Shown here: positions 26,203 to 36,852 of the stretch, piece after piece | Position numbering within the stretch: position 1 is the stretch's first letter | Layout: the number at the start of each line of letters is the position of its first letter | Assembly (NCBI GenBank): GCA_040755855.1 | Contig: JBFMAD010000001.1 | Span: 96,001-160,000, forward strand | Direction: 5' to 3' | From: Planctomycetota bacterium | GTDB lineage: Bacteria; Planctomycetota; Brocadiia; JAADGH01 | DNA length: 64,000 nt | Program-made: the position numbers and the translations under genes | Notes under the pieces: generated by a model | Told to the model about the DNA's origin: nothing | What the model saw: the letters and a program-made list of their open reading frames with translations, nothing else | Database searches by the model: none

Positions 26203-27048
26203 CTACCTCACGAGCGCCTTGCATGTCGCGTTGATATTCCAGGTGTAGGTGATGAACTGGACAGGTTGCGAGATTTCGCGTTTGCCCGTCACGCTGCCCG
26301 ACGTCATGATCTCGAGCGTCCCCTTTTCGCCGTCCATGGAGAGGTTGAACCGGCGCATCGCGCCCCTGGCCTTCGCGCCCTTCCATTCCTCCACCCAGCT
26401 CTCATTGGAGTAGGCAAAACCGAAGAAGCACCAGCTTATCTCGGCGATGTTCTCCTGCTTCCGCTCCTTGCCCTCCTCGAAGTAGATGGTCATATACATC
26501 TCGGGGGGAGAGGTCCATATCTTGGGATCCGGGCTGGGCTTGTTGCGCAACATGCTGCTCTTCAGCGTCTCTATATCCTCATCGGTCAGATCGTAGGGGA
26601 AGAAGGAGAGCCTTATCATCTTCCGCGGATCGTCATCGTAAAGGAGCGCCAGGGCGCTCTTGAAGTTCATGGCGTAGTTCTTCGTCGTCTGCGCGATTTT
26701 TTGGACCACTTTGATGTTTCCGAGCGTCCCGGCGGTCGGGCGGGCGCCAGGCAGCGCTTCGGGCCTCGACGGCGGCTGCGGCCCCTCATCGGGTTTCGGC
26801 TCTTGCGCGGGCGGGGGCATGGCGGGACCCTGCGTTTTCTTGACCTCCTGCACCTGGCTGCGCTTGAAGTCCATGGTCCCGAACTGCATCTTGAGCACGA
26901 TCTTGTCGGGGGTCTCCTCGAGGATTTGCCCCTCGAAGCGATTGCCGTTTTTGAGGACCACGACATCGGCGCGAAGGCCTGTCGGCGCGGCAATGCCGAT
27001 CATCATCAGAATCAGTCCGATCCACAAGATTCGCGTCGTCTTGGTCAT
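26203..27048 (-). CDS. Secreted hypothetical protein with planctomycete-type ADxxxLKNGxxxEG N-terminal module
   Basis: Signal peptide then ADVVVLKNGNRFEGQILEET, Pro-rich linker. Confidence 0.7.
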   Translation of the reverse strand: MTKTTRILWIGLILMMIGIAAPTGLRADVVVLKNGNRFEGQILEETPDKIVLKMQFGTMDFKRSQVQEVKKTQGPAMPPPAQEPKPDEGPQPPSRPEALPGARPTAGTLGNIKVVQKIAQTTKNYAMNFKSALALLYDDDPRKMIRLSFFPYDLTDEDIETLKSSMLRNKPSPDPKIWTSPPEMYMTIYFEEGKERKQENIAEISWCFFGFAYSNESWVEEWKGAKARGAMRRFNLSMDGEKGTLEIMTSGSVTGKREISQPVQFITYTWNINATCKALVR

Positions 27049-27494
27049 GGTTGCTCCGTTTCTCTTCTCCGATGCCCAGTCCATCCGAAACTCTTGAAAA
27101 CCATACCATAGCAGGAAAGCGATTCCCATCGAAAACCCCAGGCCGCGGTCGGTTGCGGGCAGGTATAAGTATCAGGTATATTTAACATCTTGATATAACA
27201 GTTGATACACACATAATGTTGACGGACGGCTCTCGTGCGGAAAAGAAACGGGATGAGATTGGCGCATCCGTAATAAGTTTGGTCTTAACTGATGTACAAA
27301 CAACCACTTAAAAAGGTCTGGCCTATGCCGTTCACTGCTATTTGCACAGGCGGGCGGATGGACCGCCCTACGTCCCTTGATGGGACCCGTTGACCGAGAA
27401 AAATGACGTGCGCCCGGCGCGGCCTCAACCATTGAAGCGGCGCGCCGCGTTCGCTATGATGGCATCTGCAAAGAGGAACTTCAGGAGGAAAACC

Positions 27495-28409
27495 ATGCGC
27501 AAAGACAAAGAAACGCGACGTCGGGAACTCTACGACCTCCTCGGCGACTTGCCCGACCGGGACCGCACGGTATCGGCTGTGAAGGTGATGGATGAGGAGC
27601 GCGAGACGTTCGTCCTCGAGAAACTCGTCCTCGACCTCAACAGCGTCGAGTCGGTCCCGGCATATTTCGCATATCCGAAAAAGGAGAAGGGCCCGTTCCC
27701 GACCATCCTCTACAATCACGCCCACGGCGGCAACTACCCCCTCGGCAAGAACGAACTCCTCCTCGGTCACGGCGAGGCCTTCCAGAAGCCGCCGTACGCC
27801 GAGGAGCTGACGCGCCGCGGATGCGCCGCACTGTGCATTGACCACTGGGCCTTCGGCGAGCGTAAGGGCCGGACGGAATCCGAAATTTTCAAGCTCATGC
27901 TCTGGCGCGGGCAGGTGATGTGGGGCATGATGGTCTTCGACAGCATCAAGGCCGTGGACTACCTCGTCTCGCGTCCCGACGTGGACGCCGACCGCCTCGG
28001 CACGCTCGGTCTCTCCATGGGCAGCACGATGGCCTGGTGGGTGGCGGCGCTCGACACGCGCATCAAGGTCTGCGTGGACCTCTGCTGCCTGACCGACTAC
28101 CAGGCCCTCATCGAGACGCGCGGCCTCGACGGGCACGGCATCTACTACTACGTCCCGCGCCTGCTCAATCACTTCAGCACGGCGCAGATCAATGCCCTCA
28201 TCGCGCCCCGTGCGCACCTGAGCCTGGCCGGGAACTACGACAAGCTCACCCCGCCCGCCGGCCTCGACCGTATTGACGCGGAGCTGAACAAGGTCTATGC
28301 CGCCGAGGGCGCGCCCGACGCCTGGCGGCTCCTCCGCTACGAGATCGGCCACTTCGAGACGGCGGAGATGAGGAAGGAAATCATCTCATTCCTGGGAGAC
28401 CGGCTATGA
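27495..28409 (+). CDS. Alpha/beta hydrolase (dienelactone hydrolase/YtaP-like)
   Basis: HAHGG, FGER, GLSMG nucleophile elbow, IAPR, GH; AGGAGG RBS. Confidence 0.88.
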   Translation: MRKDKETRRRELYDLLGDLPDRDRTVSAVKVMDEERETFVLEKLVLDLNSVESVPAYFAYPKKEKGPFPTILYNHAHGGNYPLGKNELLLGHGEAFQKPPYAEELTRRGCAALCIDHWAFGERKGRTESEIFKLMLWRGQVMWGMMVFDSIKAVDYLVSRPDVDADRLGTLGLSMGSTMAWWVAALDTRIKVCVDLCCLTDYQALIETRGLDGHGIYYYVPRLLNHFSTAQINALIAPRAHLSLAGNYDKLTPPAGLDRIDAELNKVYAAEGAPDAWRLLRYEIGHFETAEMRKEIISFLGDRL

Positions 28410-29110
28410 AGGATTACGTGGCGGGCGGCTACTTCATCGCCAATTACCTCGACAGGCCGGAGTGCATGCCCTCCGAACTCTTGCCGGATCGCATCCTTAG
28501 CGCATCGGATTGCATCGTTGACATAGTTCCTGACGCATGGGCATATCGCGGTATGGGCGATAAGGGACGTGAGGTACGAGAAAGAATGGCTTCGGCTATG
28601 GGGATTGAGTCTGTCATGCTTACGCAAGCGATGCGGTGGACTGAAGCGCGGCGCAAGGCCCGGGAGTTTGCATGGCCAGATGTGTTCACCTCGACCAAAG
28701 TCGCCAGTGAGTTCGCTCATCTCTTTCTCCGCAATTCGCAGGATTGGGCGCTCATCGGCATCGGACTTCATCAAACCCTTGTTCGCACGTTCACCCAGGA
28801 GATTGCGCACGTAGGCGAATACGGTGACGGCGTTCACTGGGTCTTGAGCAAAGGGCTCGCGCTCGAACCGCTTGCGCAAGTGCTTGGCTTTGAGGTCCTT
28901 GGCTTCGAAAGCGGTGGATTCCACTCCTCGCTATGCCACGGTCTGGAGCGGGATTTCTTCCGCCATCTCGGGATCCGGCCGAATCGCTCCGGGTTCTACG
29001 ATGAGTTCGACGACGCCCTGCGCTGCGCCGAGTACGCCAACCGGGACGATGTCCCGACGGAACACGTGCGGTGGATGCCGTGGTTGATCGTGAAATACGA
29101 GATGGCATGA
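28406..29110 (+). CDS. Hypothetical protein
   Basis: 234-aa ORF with ATGA overlap to the upstream gene and protein-like composition. Confidence 0.7.
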   Translation: MKDYVAGGYFIANYLDRPECMPSELLPDRILSASDCIVDIVPDAWAYRGMGDKGREVRERMASAMGIESVMLTQAMRWTEARRKAREFAWPDVFTSTKVASEFAHLFLRNSQDWALIGIGLHQTLVRTFTQEIAHVGEYGDGVHWVLSKGLALEPLAQVLGFEVLGFESGGFHSSLCHGLERDFFRHLGIRPNRSGFYDEFDDALRCAEYANRDDVPTEHVRWMPWLIVKYEMA

Positions 29111-29203
29111 TCTCTGATGGATTTCCGATTGACGATTTTCGATTTGGGGAAACCACGAAGAACGTCCCCGCGAGGGCGGGAAAGGACGCGAAGAGAAGAA
29201 ATA

Positions 29204-29590
29204 GACGCAGATGAACGCAGATGCGCACGGATAGGCAGGCGGCAGGCCTCCGTGAACGCGGCAGAGGATAAATGTGGCAAATTGGTATTGTGGAACCATA
29301 ATAGCAGTATTACCCAACGCTGCCGCGCGACCGAGGTGGATGTGGGCGACTTGCGCCCGTCATTCCCGCGCACGTAGAAATCCATGCGGCGGATCGGGCG
29401 GCAAGGGAGGCACAGATGAGCGCAGACGCACACGGGTAGGCATGCGACGGCCCCCATGAACGCGGCAAAGAATAAATGCGGTAAGGTGGTATTGTGTAAC
29501 CACAATAGTAGTATTCCCTGACGCCGCCGCTCCCCCGATGTGGATGTGGGCCACTTACAGCCGTCATTCGCGCGAAAGCGAGAACCCACG
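29204..29590. repeat. Diverged tandem duplication (~185-bp unit, ~205-bp period) with central palindrome
   Basis: Copies at ~29204-29388 and ~29409-29590. Confidence 0.75.
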
Positions 29591-29647
29591 GTTGCATTAT
29601 GGGTGACTTTTTCGGATGATGGCCGCGGGCGATCCGCCCGCCGGAAA

Positions 29648-29778
29648 GTAGAAGCGGCATCTTGCCGTTTCCCGAAGAGCCTGGAAGGCTCTTCTACGTT
29701 AAGAAGACGGCGGGCCGAAGACCCGCCCTACCTGCGATGATCGAACTGGTTGTCATTCCCGCGCAAGCGGGAATCCAC
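29648..29778. repeat. Cluster of three different REP-like palindromes
   Basis: gtagaagcggcatcttgccg..cttctac; ggcgggccgaagacccgccctac; gtcattcccgcgcaagcgggaatcca. Confidence 0.65.
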
Positions 29779-29804
29779 GATCAACGGTTGGGTGACGTAG
29801 CTCG

Positions 29805-30428
29805 ATGACGACCGAACACGACGAAAATGAAGTCGCCGTTCCGAAGGCGGATGCCAAGCCGCCCGCGGTCCGGGTCCGCTGCCGACGCTGCGGCGGGGTC
29901 TATGATCCCGACGCGACGAGGTGGCGGTGTCCGTTGTGCAACCACTCGCGGATCAGTCTGCGGTTCGAGTACCGGGCCTTTTCTGTTGTTTTGCTGGTCT
30001 ACCTCTTGTCTGGTGGACCGATGCGCTTTCCGTTTTGGACCATGATATCGGTTGCTCCGTTCTTCAGGGGCGTACCGAGATGGCCACCGGCTCCTTTGTG
30101 GGTTGACTATCGTGATGTCACTGTATCCTTGCTCTTTGTGTTGCTCTTTGTCCTGATCGCGGCCACGGTGTCGAAAACATTGAGAGAACGTGCGCCTTGG
30201 CAGCGCACGAAACTGAGGCGGCGCATCTGGGGAATTCTTGTGTTTGATCGGTTGGTCTATACCTTCGACCGGCTGACCCTTGTTGCGCTGATGATCTCAA
30301 CTGGTTCGTCAGGACGCAACTTTGCGTTCTGCCATGCCTTCGCAATTAAACCACAGGACGTCCTGTTGGTGGGCATGATGGGGTACTGGATTTGGCTGTA
30401 TCTTCGATCACGTAAATGCTCCGTTTGA
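29805..30428 (+). CDS. Membrane protein with N-terminal zinc ribbon
   Basis: CRRC...CPLC followed by several hydrophobic helices. Confidence 0.6.
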   Translation: MTTEHDENEVAVPKADAKPPAVRVRCRRCGGVYDPDATRWRCPLCNHSRISLRFEYRAFSVVLLVYLLSGGPMRFPFWTMISVAPFFRGVPRWPPAPLWVDYRDVTVSLLFVLLFVLIAATVSKTLRERAPWQRTKLRRRIWGILVFDRLVYTFDRLTLVALMISTGSSGRNFAFCHAFAIKPQDVLLVGMMGYWIWLYLRSRKCSV

Positions 30429-30443
30429 GTTTTGATTAGACCC

Positions 30444-31595
30444 ATGACCGCCCGCGAAAAAATGCTGGCCGCCTTCTCCCCCTCCGGCGCGCCGGAGGTT
30501 CCGGCGACAATCTGCTATGAGGGGATCATGGTGCGCGATCATTGGGAGGAGGTCACCGACCGCCCCTGGTGGTTCCACCATTCCTACGACCTCGACGAGC
30601 AGATGCAGTGGCGGCGCGACCTCGTCGCCCGTGTGCCGCAGGATTGGATCCAGTCCCCGCCGTGCGCCTCGCGGGAGCAGCGAAGAATCTGGCGGCTCGA
30701 TGTCCGGCCCGGGGGCGTCTTCTGGGTCAACACCCGCACGGGCAGGGAACAGCAACTGAAGCGCCCGGCCGTCTCAGGCTGGAGCGAGGGGCGCGCCCTT
30801 CATTCCCACCACCCCGCAAGGTTGATCGAGACCGTCGCCGAGATCAACGAGCAGATACCCACCCCGCCGGACATCGACGCTCACGCCTTCGTGGAGCAGG
30901 GCCGCGACGACCTGGCATTGCAGATACGAAAGGAATTTCCCGACCTCTGCCTCCTCGGCGGCGCGACATCGCCGCTATGGCAGTGCTACGGCGTGTGGGG
31001 CTTTGAGGGGATGATGACGATGATCGCCGACCGGCCCGATCTGGTCGAGCACGCCTGCCGCCGCGCCCTGCCGGAGGAGTTGAACCGCGTGCGCCAGGAC
31101 GCAGCCTGCGGCGCGGACGCGGTCTGGATCGAGGAGTGTTTCACCGATATGGTCAGCCCCGATGCGTTCAGGCGCCTGAACCTGCCCTTCATCCGCGCCA
31201 TCGCCGACGAGGTCCGCGCCCTCGGCATGAAGAGCGTCTATTACTTCTGCGGAAATCCGGCGGGCAAGTGGGACCTGCTCCTCGACGCCGGCGCCGACGC
31301 CCTGTCCCTGGAGGAGAGCAAGAAGGGGTTCGACATTGACATCGAGGACGTCGTCAATCACGTGCAGGGGCGGTGCACCGTCTTCGGCAATCTCGACGCC
31401 ATCAACCTCCTGCCCAACGGAACCGAGGCGCGGCTCCGGGCCGAGATCGAGCGCCAGATCGCCGCCGGCCGCTGCAACGGCGGGCGGTTCATCATGGGTC
31501 TCGGCAGCCCCGTCACGCCGGAGACGCCCATCGAGCGCGTACGGCTATATTGCGAAATGGCGCACGAGATCGGCTCTCGGCATGGGCAGGGGTAG
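30444..31595 (+). CDS. URO-D/MtaA-like family protein
   Basis: MTAREKMLAA start, WGFEGMM, MVSP..F, YFCG, FGNLD, FIMGLGSP. Confidence 0.85.
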   Translation: MTAREKMLAAFSPSGAPEVPATICYEGIMVRDHWEEVTDRPWWFHHSYDLDEQMQWRRDLVARVPQDWIQSPPCASREQRRIWRLDVRPGGVFWVNTRTGREQQLKRPAVSGWSEGRALHSHHPARLIETVAEINEQIPTPPDIDAHAFVEQGRDDLALQIRKEFPDLCLLGGATSPLWQCYGVWGFEGMMTMIADRPDLVEHACRRALPEELNRVRQDAACGADAVWIEECFTDMVSPDAFRRLNLPFIRAIADEVRALGMKSVYYFCGNPAGKWDLLLDAGADALSLEESKKGFDIDIEDVVNHVQGRCTVFGNLDAINLLPNGTEARLRAEIERQIAAGRCNGGRFIMGLGSPVTPETPIERVRLYCEMAHEIGSRHGQG

Positions 31596-31689
31596 TCCCG
31601 CGGCGGGTATGCCGGACTATTCATAAGCCTTGTCGCGGCAATCGTAACCAGTGTTTGTGCAAGTTCTTAGAACAACTGGCGCAGATAAT

Positions 31690-31916
31690 TCCCCTCTCCA
31701 TGCAATGGAGAGGAAGGTGTGAAAAAATTGTGTGACCCCCTTTGCTCGTGTGCCACGGCTTGCTTGCAAGCCGTGTACGGCCCCGCACGGGTTGCAAGCA
31801 ACCCGTGGCACCCGTTGCCGCCGATTTCTTCACACCTTCGAGGGGTTAGGGGGAGAGGCAGCGCGGCGAGGCACCTGCGCCTCACCCCCGGCCCCTCTCC
31901 GCGGGCGGAGAGGGGA
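31690..31916. repeat. REP-like palindromes (GTGCCACGG doublet and CCCTCACC/CCTCTCC type)
   Basis: gtgccacggcttgcttgcaagccgtg..cacgggttgcaagcaacccgtggcac; gaggggttagggggagagg..cctcacccccggcccctctccgcgggcggagagggg; related copies at ~33064 and ~38496-38587. Confidence 0.7.
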
Positions 31917-31952
31917 CTGCGTTTGAGAACGATCCGGGGCAAAGGGTTGCTA

Positions 31953-32681
31953 TTATTTTGTCTCTTTCTTTACCTTATCCCACAAGGGCTTCCAAATCTT
32001 GACGTCATATTCTTTTTTCCCCTTGGTCTTTTTGTCCAGGTATTCATCAAGTGTTTGTATCTGTACTGCAATGTTGCATACAAGTTTTCCCGCTCCTTCA
32101 GGAAACGATTCAGTAACTCTATCCTGGCTGCTACTTCTTGCCCAGGAGACTTTGATTCCTTCCGCCCACGTATCAAATTTACGAACCTTTCTTCCACCTT
32201 CATCAATATAGATTTTTTCTTGCGGTGCGTCATTTGGGGCATTACAGCGCCAAGGAGATTTGATTATTGGAGAGTAGTCACACTGTTTTTCATACTTAGT
32301 CATGTGAAGGTGAGCCACAATCAGAACTGGATCTTTGTTCAATTCCTCTCCAATTTCCAGGATTCTCTTGGGTAGGTCCGGCTCGTCATCCAGAATCTGG
32401 CTTTTGAATCCTTTCATATCCCACCTGATAAACTCCTCACTGACAGTCCTGTCCTTATTGGGATCATAGGCGAAGATAGCCTTTTCCGGGTCTCGATAAT
32501 CCTTCCATTTCAACCCCGTCTTCTTTTTCTTTTCTTGCGCAAGGACGACATCTGAAAGCGCGGACAGCCAGCACATCGCAGGAAGTAACCCGCAAAGCAC
32601 GAAAGCAACGGCCAACGCTACGCGCACAAATCCCGCACGACGCCCTTTCCCACATCCCGAAGACCGAAAACATCCAGCCAT
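31953..32681 (-). CDS. Low-GC exported protein, possibly a degenerate GH73/lysozyme-like fold
   Basis: Signal/TM segment; IGEELNKDPVLIVAH..., RKFDTWAEGIK; AAGGAAGGAGG RBS. Confidence 0.55.
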   Translation of the reverse strand: MAGCFRSSGCGKGRRAGFVRVALAVAFVLCGLLPAMCWLSALSDVVLAQEKKKKTGLKWKDYRDPEKAIFAYDPNKDRTVSEEFIRWDMKGFKSQILDDEPDLPKRILEIGEELNKDPVLIVAHLHMTKYEKQCDYSPIIKSPWRCNAPNDAPQEKIYIDEGGRKVRKFDTWAEGIKVSWARSSSQDRVTESFPEGAGKLVCNIAVQIQTLDEYLDKKTKGKKEYDVKIWKPLWDKVKKETK

Positions 32682-33125
32682 GACGTCCCTCCTTCCTTGC
32701 CAATTTAGACCAAACAAAAAGGGAGCAGCCGCAACGTCCACTCCCCTGACTGGGCCTGCAAGAGCCCTGGCATGAAAGTAGCACGTCCAGCCGCTCCCCG
32801 GATGGGGAGCGATGCCAGACGCCGATCATGCCAATGATTTCTTGCAGTTCAGTCAGAGACGGCGCTCGGCAATCACTCCGAGTATGTTATGAAAACCCTA
32901 CCTTTTCCTGATACATTACCTCCTATCAAGACATGGCCGCCGTGATGGACAGAACCATCCCCACAGCCTACTTCTCATGAGATGAGAGCTATTGTACAAC
33001 CCCCTCGTACGTGTGTCAATACTCATGAACGAGGCAGGTGCATGTAACTTCTATCGCTGATCTTCTCCCATTGTCCGCGGGGGAGAGGGGGGTGTGTTTG
33101 CGAATGATACTATGTCACTTCCATG

Positions 33126-34715
33126 TCACTTCCCGAACCGCTTCTCGCGGAGCGAGGCGTGTCGCTTCTCAATCGCGTCGCACGCCTCGCGGTAGAGGCC
33201 GGACTTGACGGCGATCTCGTCGCCGAACTCCATGTATTGATCCGTCTCGGCCCGATACGCGGGCCACTCGGGGATGCCCGCGCCGTTCGGGTCGCCGGTC
33301 GCAGCGAAGCGGACCCAGCAGGCGCTCATCGCATCGGCCAACTTCCGGTCCGCGGCGTTGAAGGCGGGACCGGTGGTCACATTCCCGAAGACATACAGAA
33401 CCTCCAGCGCATGAAAGCACCCGAGCTGCTGCGACTTCGGCGACGGCGGCACGCGGGTGAAGTGGTAGAGGTAAGCCGTCCCCCCCATCCGCTCCATGGC
33501 CCGCACGAGGGACCGCGCCGGGACGACAAAACATGCCACGGTGGTCGCTCGGTTGAGCGCCCCCGGAATCTCCTCCGCCTTCGACGCGGGGAACAGCCGC
33601 AGCATATCATCCGCCTGCTCCGCGAAAAGGATGCGCATAAACCAGCGATACCCCGCGACCTGCTTCACGGGGACCTGTTGGAGGAAGATCGTCCCTTCGT
33701 CGGCGTTCGTGCCCGTCATGAACGGGACGTTGTGCTGCTTGCCTTCATCAAAGAGCAAGGAGGGATCGTCGGGGAGCGCCCAGCCGTCAATGACCGGGCC
33801 GAACTTGAACCCCTTGCCAAATAGCCCCTGAGCCGCGTTGGAGGCGTTCAGGATTTCATCGCTGCTCTTCTGTCGCAGCGCGGCGATGGGATTCTCCGCG
33901 GTGTCGCATCCAAGCGTTCGGGCGATCCGCTCGCCCTCCTTCTCCATCGGCTCCAGTCCATACCAGCGTTCGCGGAGGTGGCGGTTGCGCCCGTGCGCCC
34001 CGCCGCTCTCAGCGATGGCGCGATGGAACAGGCCCTTCGCCAACGGCGATACCATGAGGCGGCAGACGCTCGCCGAGCCGGCCGACTCGCCGAAGATCGT
34101 CACGCACCCCGGATCGCCGCCGAAGGCCGCGATGTTCTCCTGCACCCATTTTAGCGCCGCGATCTGGTCCAACATGCCGTAGTTGCCGGAGACGTTGCGC
34201 TCGGACTCCTTCGACAGCAATGGGTGGGCGAGATAGCCGAACGGACCGAGCCGGTAGTTGATCGTCACCACGACCACTCCTTGCCGGGCGAGGGCGCTGC
34301 CCTCGTACCACGGGCCAGACCCCGAGCCGGTGGTGAAGCCGCCGCCGTGAATCCACACCATGACGGGCAATTTCCTATCGCCTCGGTTCGCCGGCGTCCA
34401 GACGTTCAGGTAGAGGCAGTCCTCGCTCGACTTCACCGGCGGCGGGCCCATGAGCGGGGTCGGTTGGGGGCAGGACGGGCCGTATTGGATGCACTCGCGC
34501 ACACCCTCCCAGGGGACGACGGGCTGCGGCGGCTTCCACCGGAGGTCCCCGACGGGCGGGGCAGCGAAGGGGATGCCGCGGTAGATGCGGACGCCGTTAC
34601 GTTCCTCGCCGGTGATAAGTCCGCCAGTTATGCGGATGGGTTCTTCCGCCAAGCTCGATCCCTGTGCGGCGAGAATAAGAAAGGCAAGGGTGAGCGAGAC
34701 AACGGTCTTCTTCAT
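33126..34715 (-). CDS. Type B carboxylesterase (para-nitrobenzyl esterase-like), secreted
   Basis: GIPFAAPPVGDLRW, EDCLYLNVWTP, WIHGGGF, FGESAG, FHALE, GDPN. Confidence 0.95.
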   Translation of the reverse strand: MKKTVVSLTLAFLILAAQGSSLAEEPIRITGGLITGEERNGVRIYRGIPFAAPPVGDLRWKPPQPVVPWEGVRECIQYGPSCPQPTPLMGPPPVKSSEDCLYLNVWTPANRGDRKLPVMVWIHGGGFTTGSGSGPWYEGSALARQGVVVVTINYRLGPFGYLAHPLLSKESERNVSGNYGMLDQIAALKWVQENIAAFGGDPGCVTIFGESAGSASVCRLMVSPLAKGLFHRAIAESGGAHGRNRHLRERWYGLEPMEKEGERIARTLGCDTAENPIAALRQKSSDEILNASNAAQGLFGKGFKFGPVIDGWALPDDPSLLFDEGKQHNVPFMTGTNADEGTIFLQQVPVKQVAGYRWFMRILFAEQADDMLRLFPASKAEEIPGALNRATTVACFVVPARSLVRAMERMGGTAYLYHFTRVPPSPKSQQLGCFHALEVLYVFGNVTTGPAFNAADRKLADAMSACWVRFAATGDPNGAGIPEWPAYRAETDQYMEFGDEIAVKSGLYREACDAIEKRHASLREKRFGK

Positions 34716-34973
34716 GGGGGCCTTTCAGCAGTTTCCTGCAAACTCGAATATATATCTCCTTCCTCTTACCACTATTACACGCGACGGTGATAAAATGTTA
34801 CGGAAAACGGTATTAAGACAAGCATTAACCTGTCAGGAATGAAATGTCTGATTTAGCCAGGACCCGAAAAGGCTCCTGCCCCCCCCTCTTCTCGATTGTC
34901 CCAAACACAGATTGCATCTGATGATATGACTCCAACGCATTATATTTTAGGGAAATTCCTCGAAAGAAAAGGA

Positions 34974-35003
34974 TTGACGGAGGGGTGGTATGGATGTTAT
35001 AAT
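34974..35003 (+). promoter_or_regulatory. Near-consensus sigma70 promoter
   Basis: TTGACG-N18-TATAAT, with TGn immediately before the -10. Confidence 0.6.
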
Positions 35004-35152
35004 AGAAACTTAAAAGGGGGCCAAAGGGGCTTGTCTCCAACCCACACAGAATTTGCGCCCGTTTTCGCTGGAAAGCGGGATTAGTCATTAGTAAACGGCC
35101 TCAATCCAATCGTCAACCGGGCGAAATCGCTCCTGTTTTTCGAGCATAAGGA

Positions 35153-35515
35153 ATGGCCAAGACTGAACGCATTACGGTGTGGGTGGTGTCCCTGCCCAAC
35201 GGCAAGAAGGTGGAGATAGACCCGGAAGTGGCGCGTCGCTATTTTCGGTCTGACATCGAAACCACCCCTTTTTCCCACCTCCACGTAGAGCCGATCGTCA
35301 AGACCGTGAGCGTAAAGGCCGTCCCCGCCCCAAAATCCACCGCCTCCCCAAACAGGAGAGGGCGCGTGATGCGTTCGGCAAACATAGCCGCCCGGGCGAG
35401 GGGCCGCGCAAATAGGAATACCCTGACGAGAAAGAAGGCGGGCAATCCCCCACGCAAGGCGCGCGCCAGGACTAGATCAAAGATCACAACGAGGGGCCAG
35501 AAGGTCAGGAGATAG
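35153..35515 (+). CDS. Small hypothetical protein with very basic C-terminal tail
   Basis: AAGGA RBS, upstream promoter, R/K-rich second half. Confidence 0.55.
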   Translation: MAKTERITVWVVSLPNGKKVEIDPEVARRYFRSDIETTPFSHLHVEPIVKTVSVKAVPAPKSTASPNRRGRVMRSANIAARARGRANRNTLTRKKAGNPPRKARARTRSKITTRGQKVRR

Positions 35516-35547
35516 TCCCCCGAAAAGTGCTCAATTTGAGCAAGGAA

Positions 35548-36333
35548 TCACGTTCCCCTTCTCAGTTCCTTCTCGATGAATTCGCGCGCTGTCGTTAACG
35601 CCTCGACGACAAACTCATAACCCTTCCGACCAAATGAATCTGGCGACGCCTCCAGTGTGACGAACGCCGCCACTCCTTCCGCCCCTACCAAACGAAGAAG
35701 CCCCCGCAAGGGCAGTTCGCCCCTGCCCGGCAGCAGGTGCTGATAACCTGCGATATAGTCGCTGACATGAATGTTGGCGACATTGGCTTGGAAGAGACGA
35801 TAGCCGGAAAAGATATCCCTGCCCCAGGTGGCAAAGTGCGAGACATCGTAGGTCATTTTCAGACCGTTCGCGCCCGCAAAGTCGTTCAGGGCCTCATGGT
35901 CGTGGATTACAGGGGCCTCATCCGGGTCGAAGATGTCTATCCCCCGCGGCATGTTTTCGGTGGACAAGATGATGTCCCCAGCCCGCTCGGCCAGATGTCG
36001 GACCTCCTCGGGCCGACGGATCAGGCCGAAGGGGTGGAGATTCACCAAAACAGCGTTGACGCGCCGGGCGGTCTCGATCGCGCGATCAATTTCCCGCACA
36101 TAGTCGTCGGTCAATCCCGACGCGGCAAAGAAAGGGGCGTGGACGCAGCGAATGGAGACATTGTGCGTTTCGGACAGCGAAGCGAATTGAGCGTCGGGGA
36201 CATGCTCCAGCTCCGGCCCGAGCATGAGTTCGACCCCGTCAAAGCCGCTTTCCTTTGCGGCGCGGAATTGATCCGCCAGGGGTAGGTGGAATATCGAACC
36301 CGTCGAGAGCAGGATTGTTATCTTTCCGGACAT
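35548..36333 (-). CDS. Sugar phosphate isomerase/epimerase (TIM barrel)
   Basis: GFDGVEL, VHAPF, STENMP, TYDVSH, IHVSD, HLLPGRG, TLE; start set to ATG 36333. Confidence 0.85.
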   Translation of the reverse strand: MSGKITILLSTGSIFHLPLADQFRAAKESGFDGVELMLGPELEHVPDAQFASLSETHNVSIRCVHAPFFAASGLTDDYVREIDRAIETARRVNAVLVNLHPFGLIRRPEEVRHLAERAGDIILSTENMPRGIDIFDPDEAPVIHDHEALNDFAGANGLKMTYDVSHFATWGRDIFSGYRLFQANVANIHVSDYIAGYQHLLPGRGELPLRGLLRLVGAEGVAAFVTLEASPDSFGRKGYEFVVEALTTAREFIEKELRRGT

Positions 36334-36543
36334 GCCCCGATAATACCGGATGCCAAAGGCGTCCACAAAGAAAAACATGGCCTTTTCTTTTCGATCACGG
36401 CGCGTAAAATACTTGAAAATCGCCGCCAGCCGTGGTAAATTTGGAAAATTAGGACACAGGACACGCATTTCCCTGCGGTCGCCTTGACCCGGAATCCTCG
36501 ATTCACTCTCGGAAGAAACACAGGGCTGTAAGGAGGGGTCGCC

Positions 36544-36807
36544 ATGAGATATGGCCGATGGATCGCGCTCGGATTGTTTCTCTCGTCTCTCGCCATCGGA
36601 ACCGTCGGGTGCGGGGTTGATAGATATGACTGGCGCTTCGGCCTCGGCACCGATGCGCAAGACGGCGTCACCACCGAGGCCGACGTGGACCGGGTGAAGG
36701 ACGGCGTCCTCCCGGCCGAACCCGAGGAACCGGAAAAGAAGAAGGGTGAAGGCGCCGCGCCAAAAGCACCCGAGGAGCCGAAAGCGCCGGAGGAAAAGAA
36801 ACCATAG
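36544..36807 (+). CDS. Small lipoprotein
   Basis: AAGGAGG RBS; lipobox TVGC; Pro/Glu/Lys-rich tail. Confidence 0.65.
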   Translation: MRYGRWIALGLFLSSLAIGTVGCGVDRYDWRFGLGTDAQDGVTTEADVDRVKDGVLPAEPEEPEKKKGEGAAPKAPEEPKAPEEKKP

Positions 36808-36852
36808 CGTAGAAGAGACGTCATTCTTTCTGGCCGCAGCAAGGAGCACGCG

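Noticed and set aside
32700..32990. Possible small ORF or RNA upstream of the low-GC gene
   Set aside because: Only a 9-codon ORF behind an AGGAGG and one short hairpin; insufficient support
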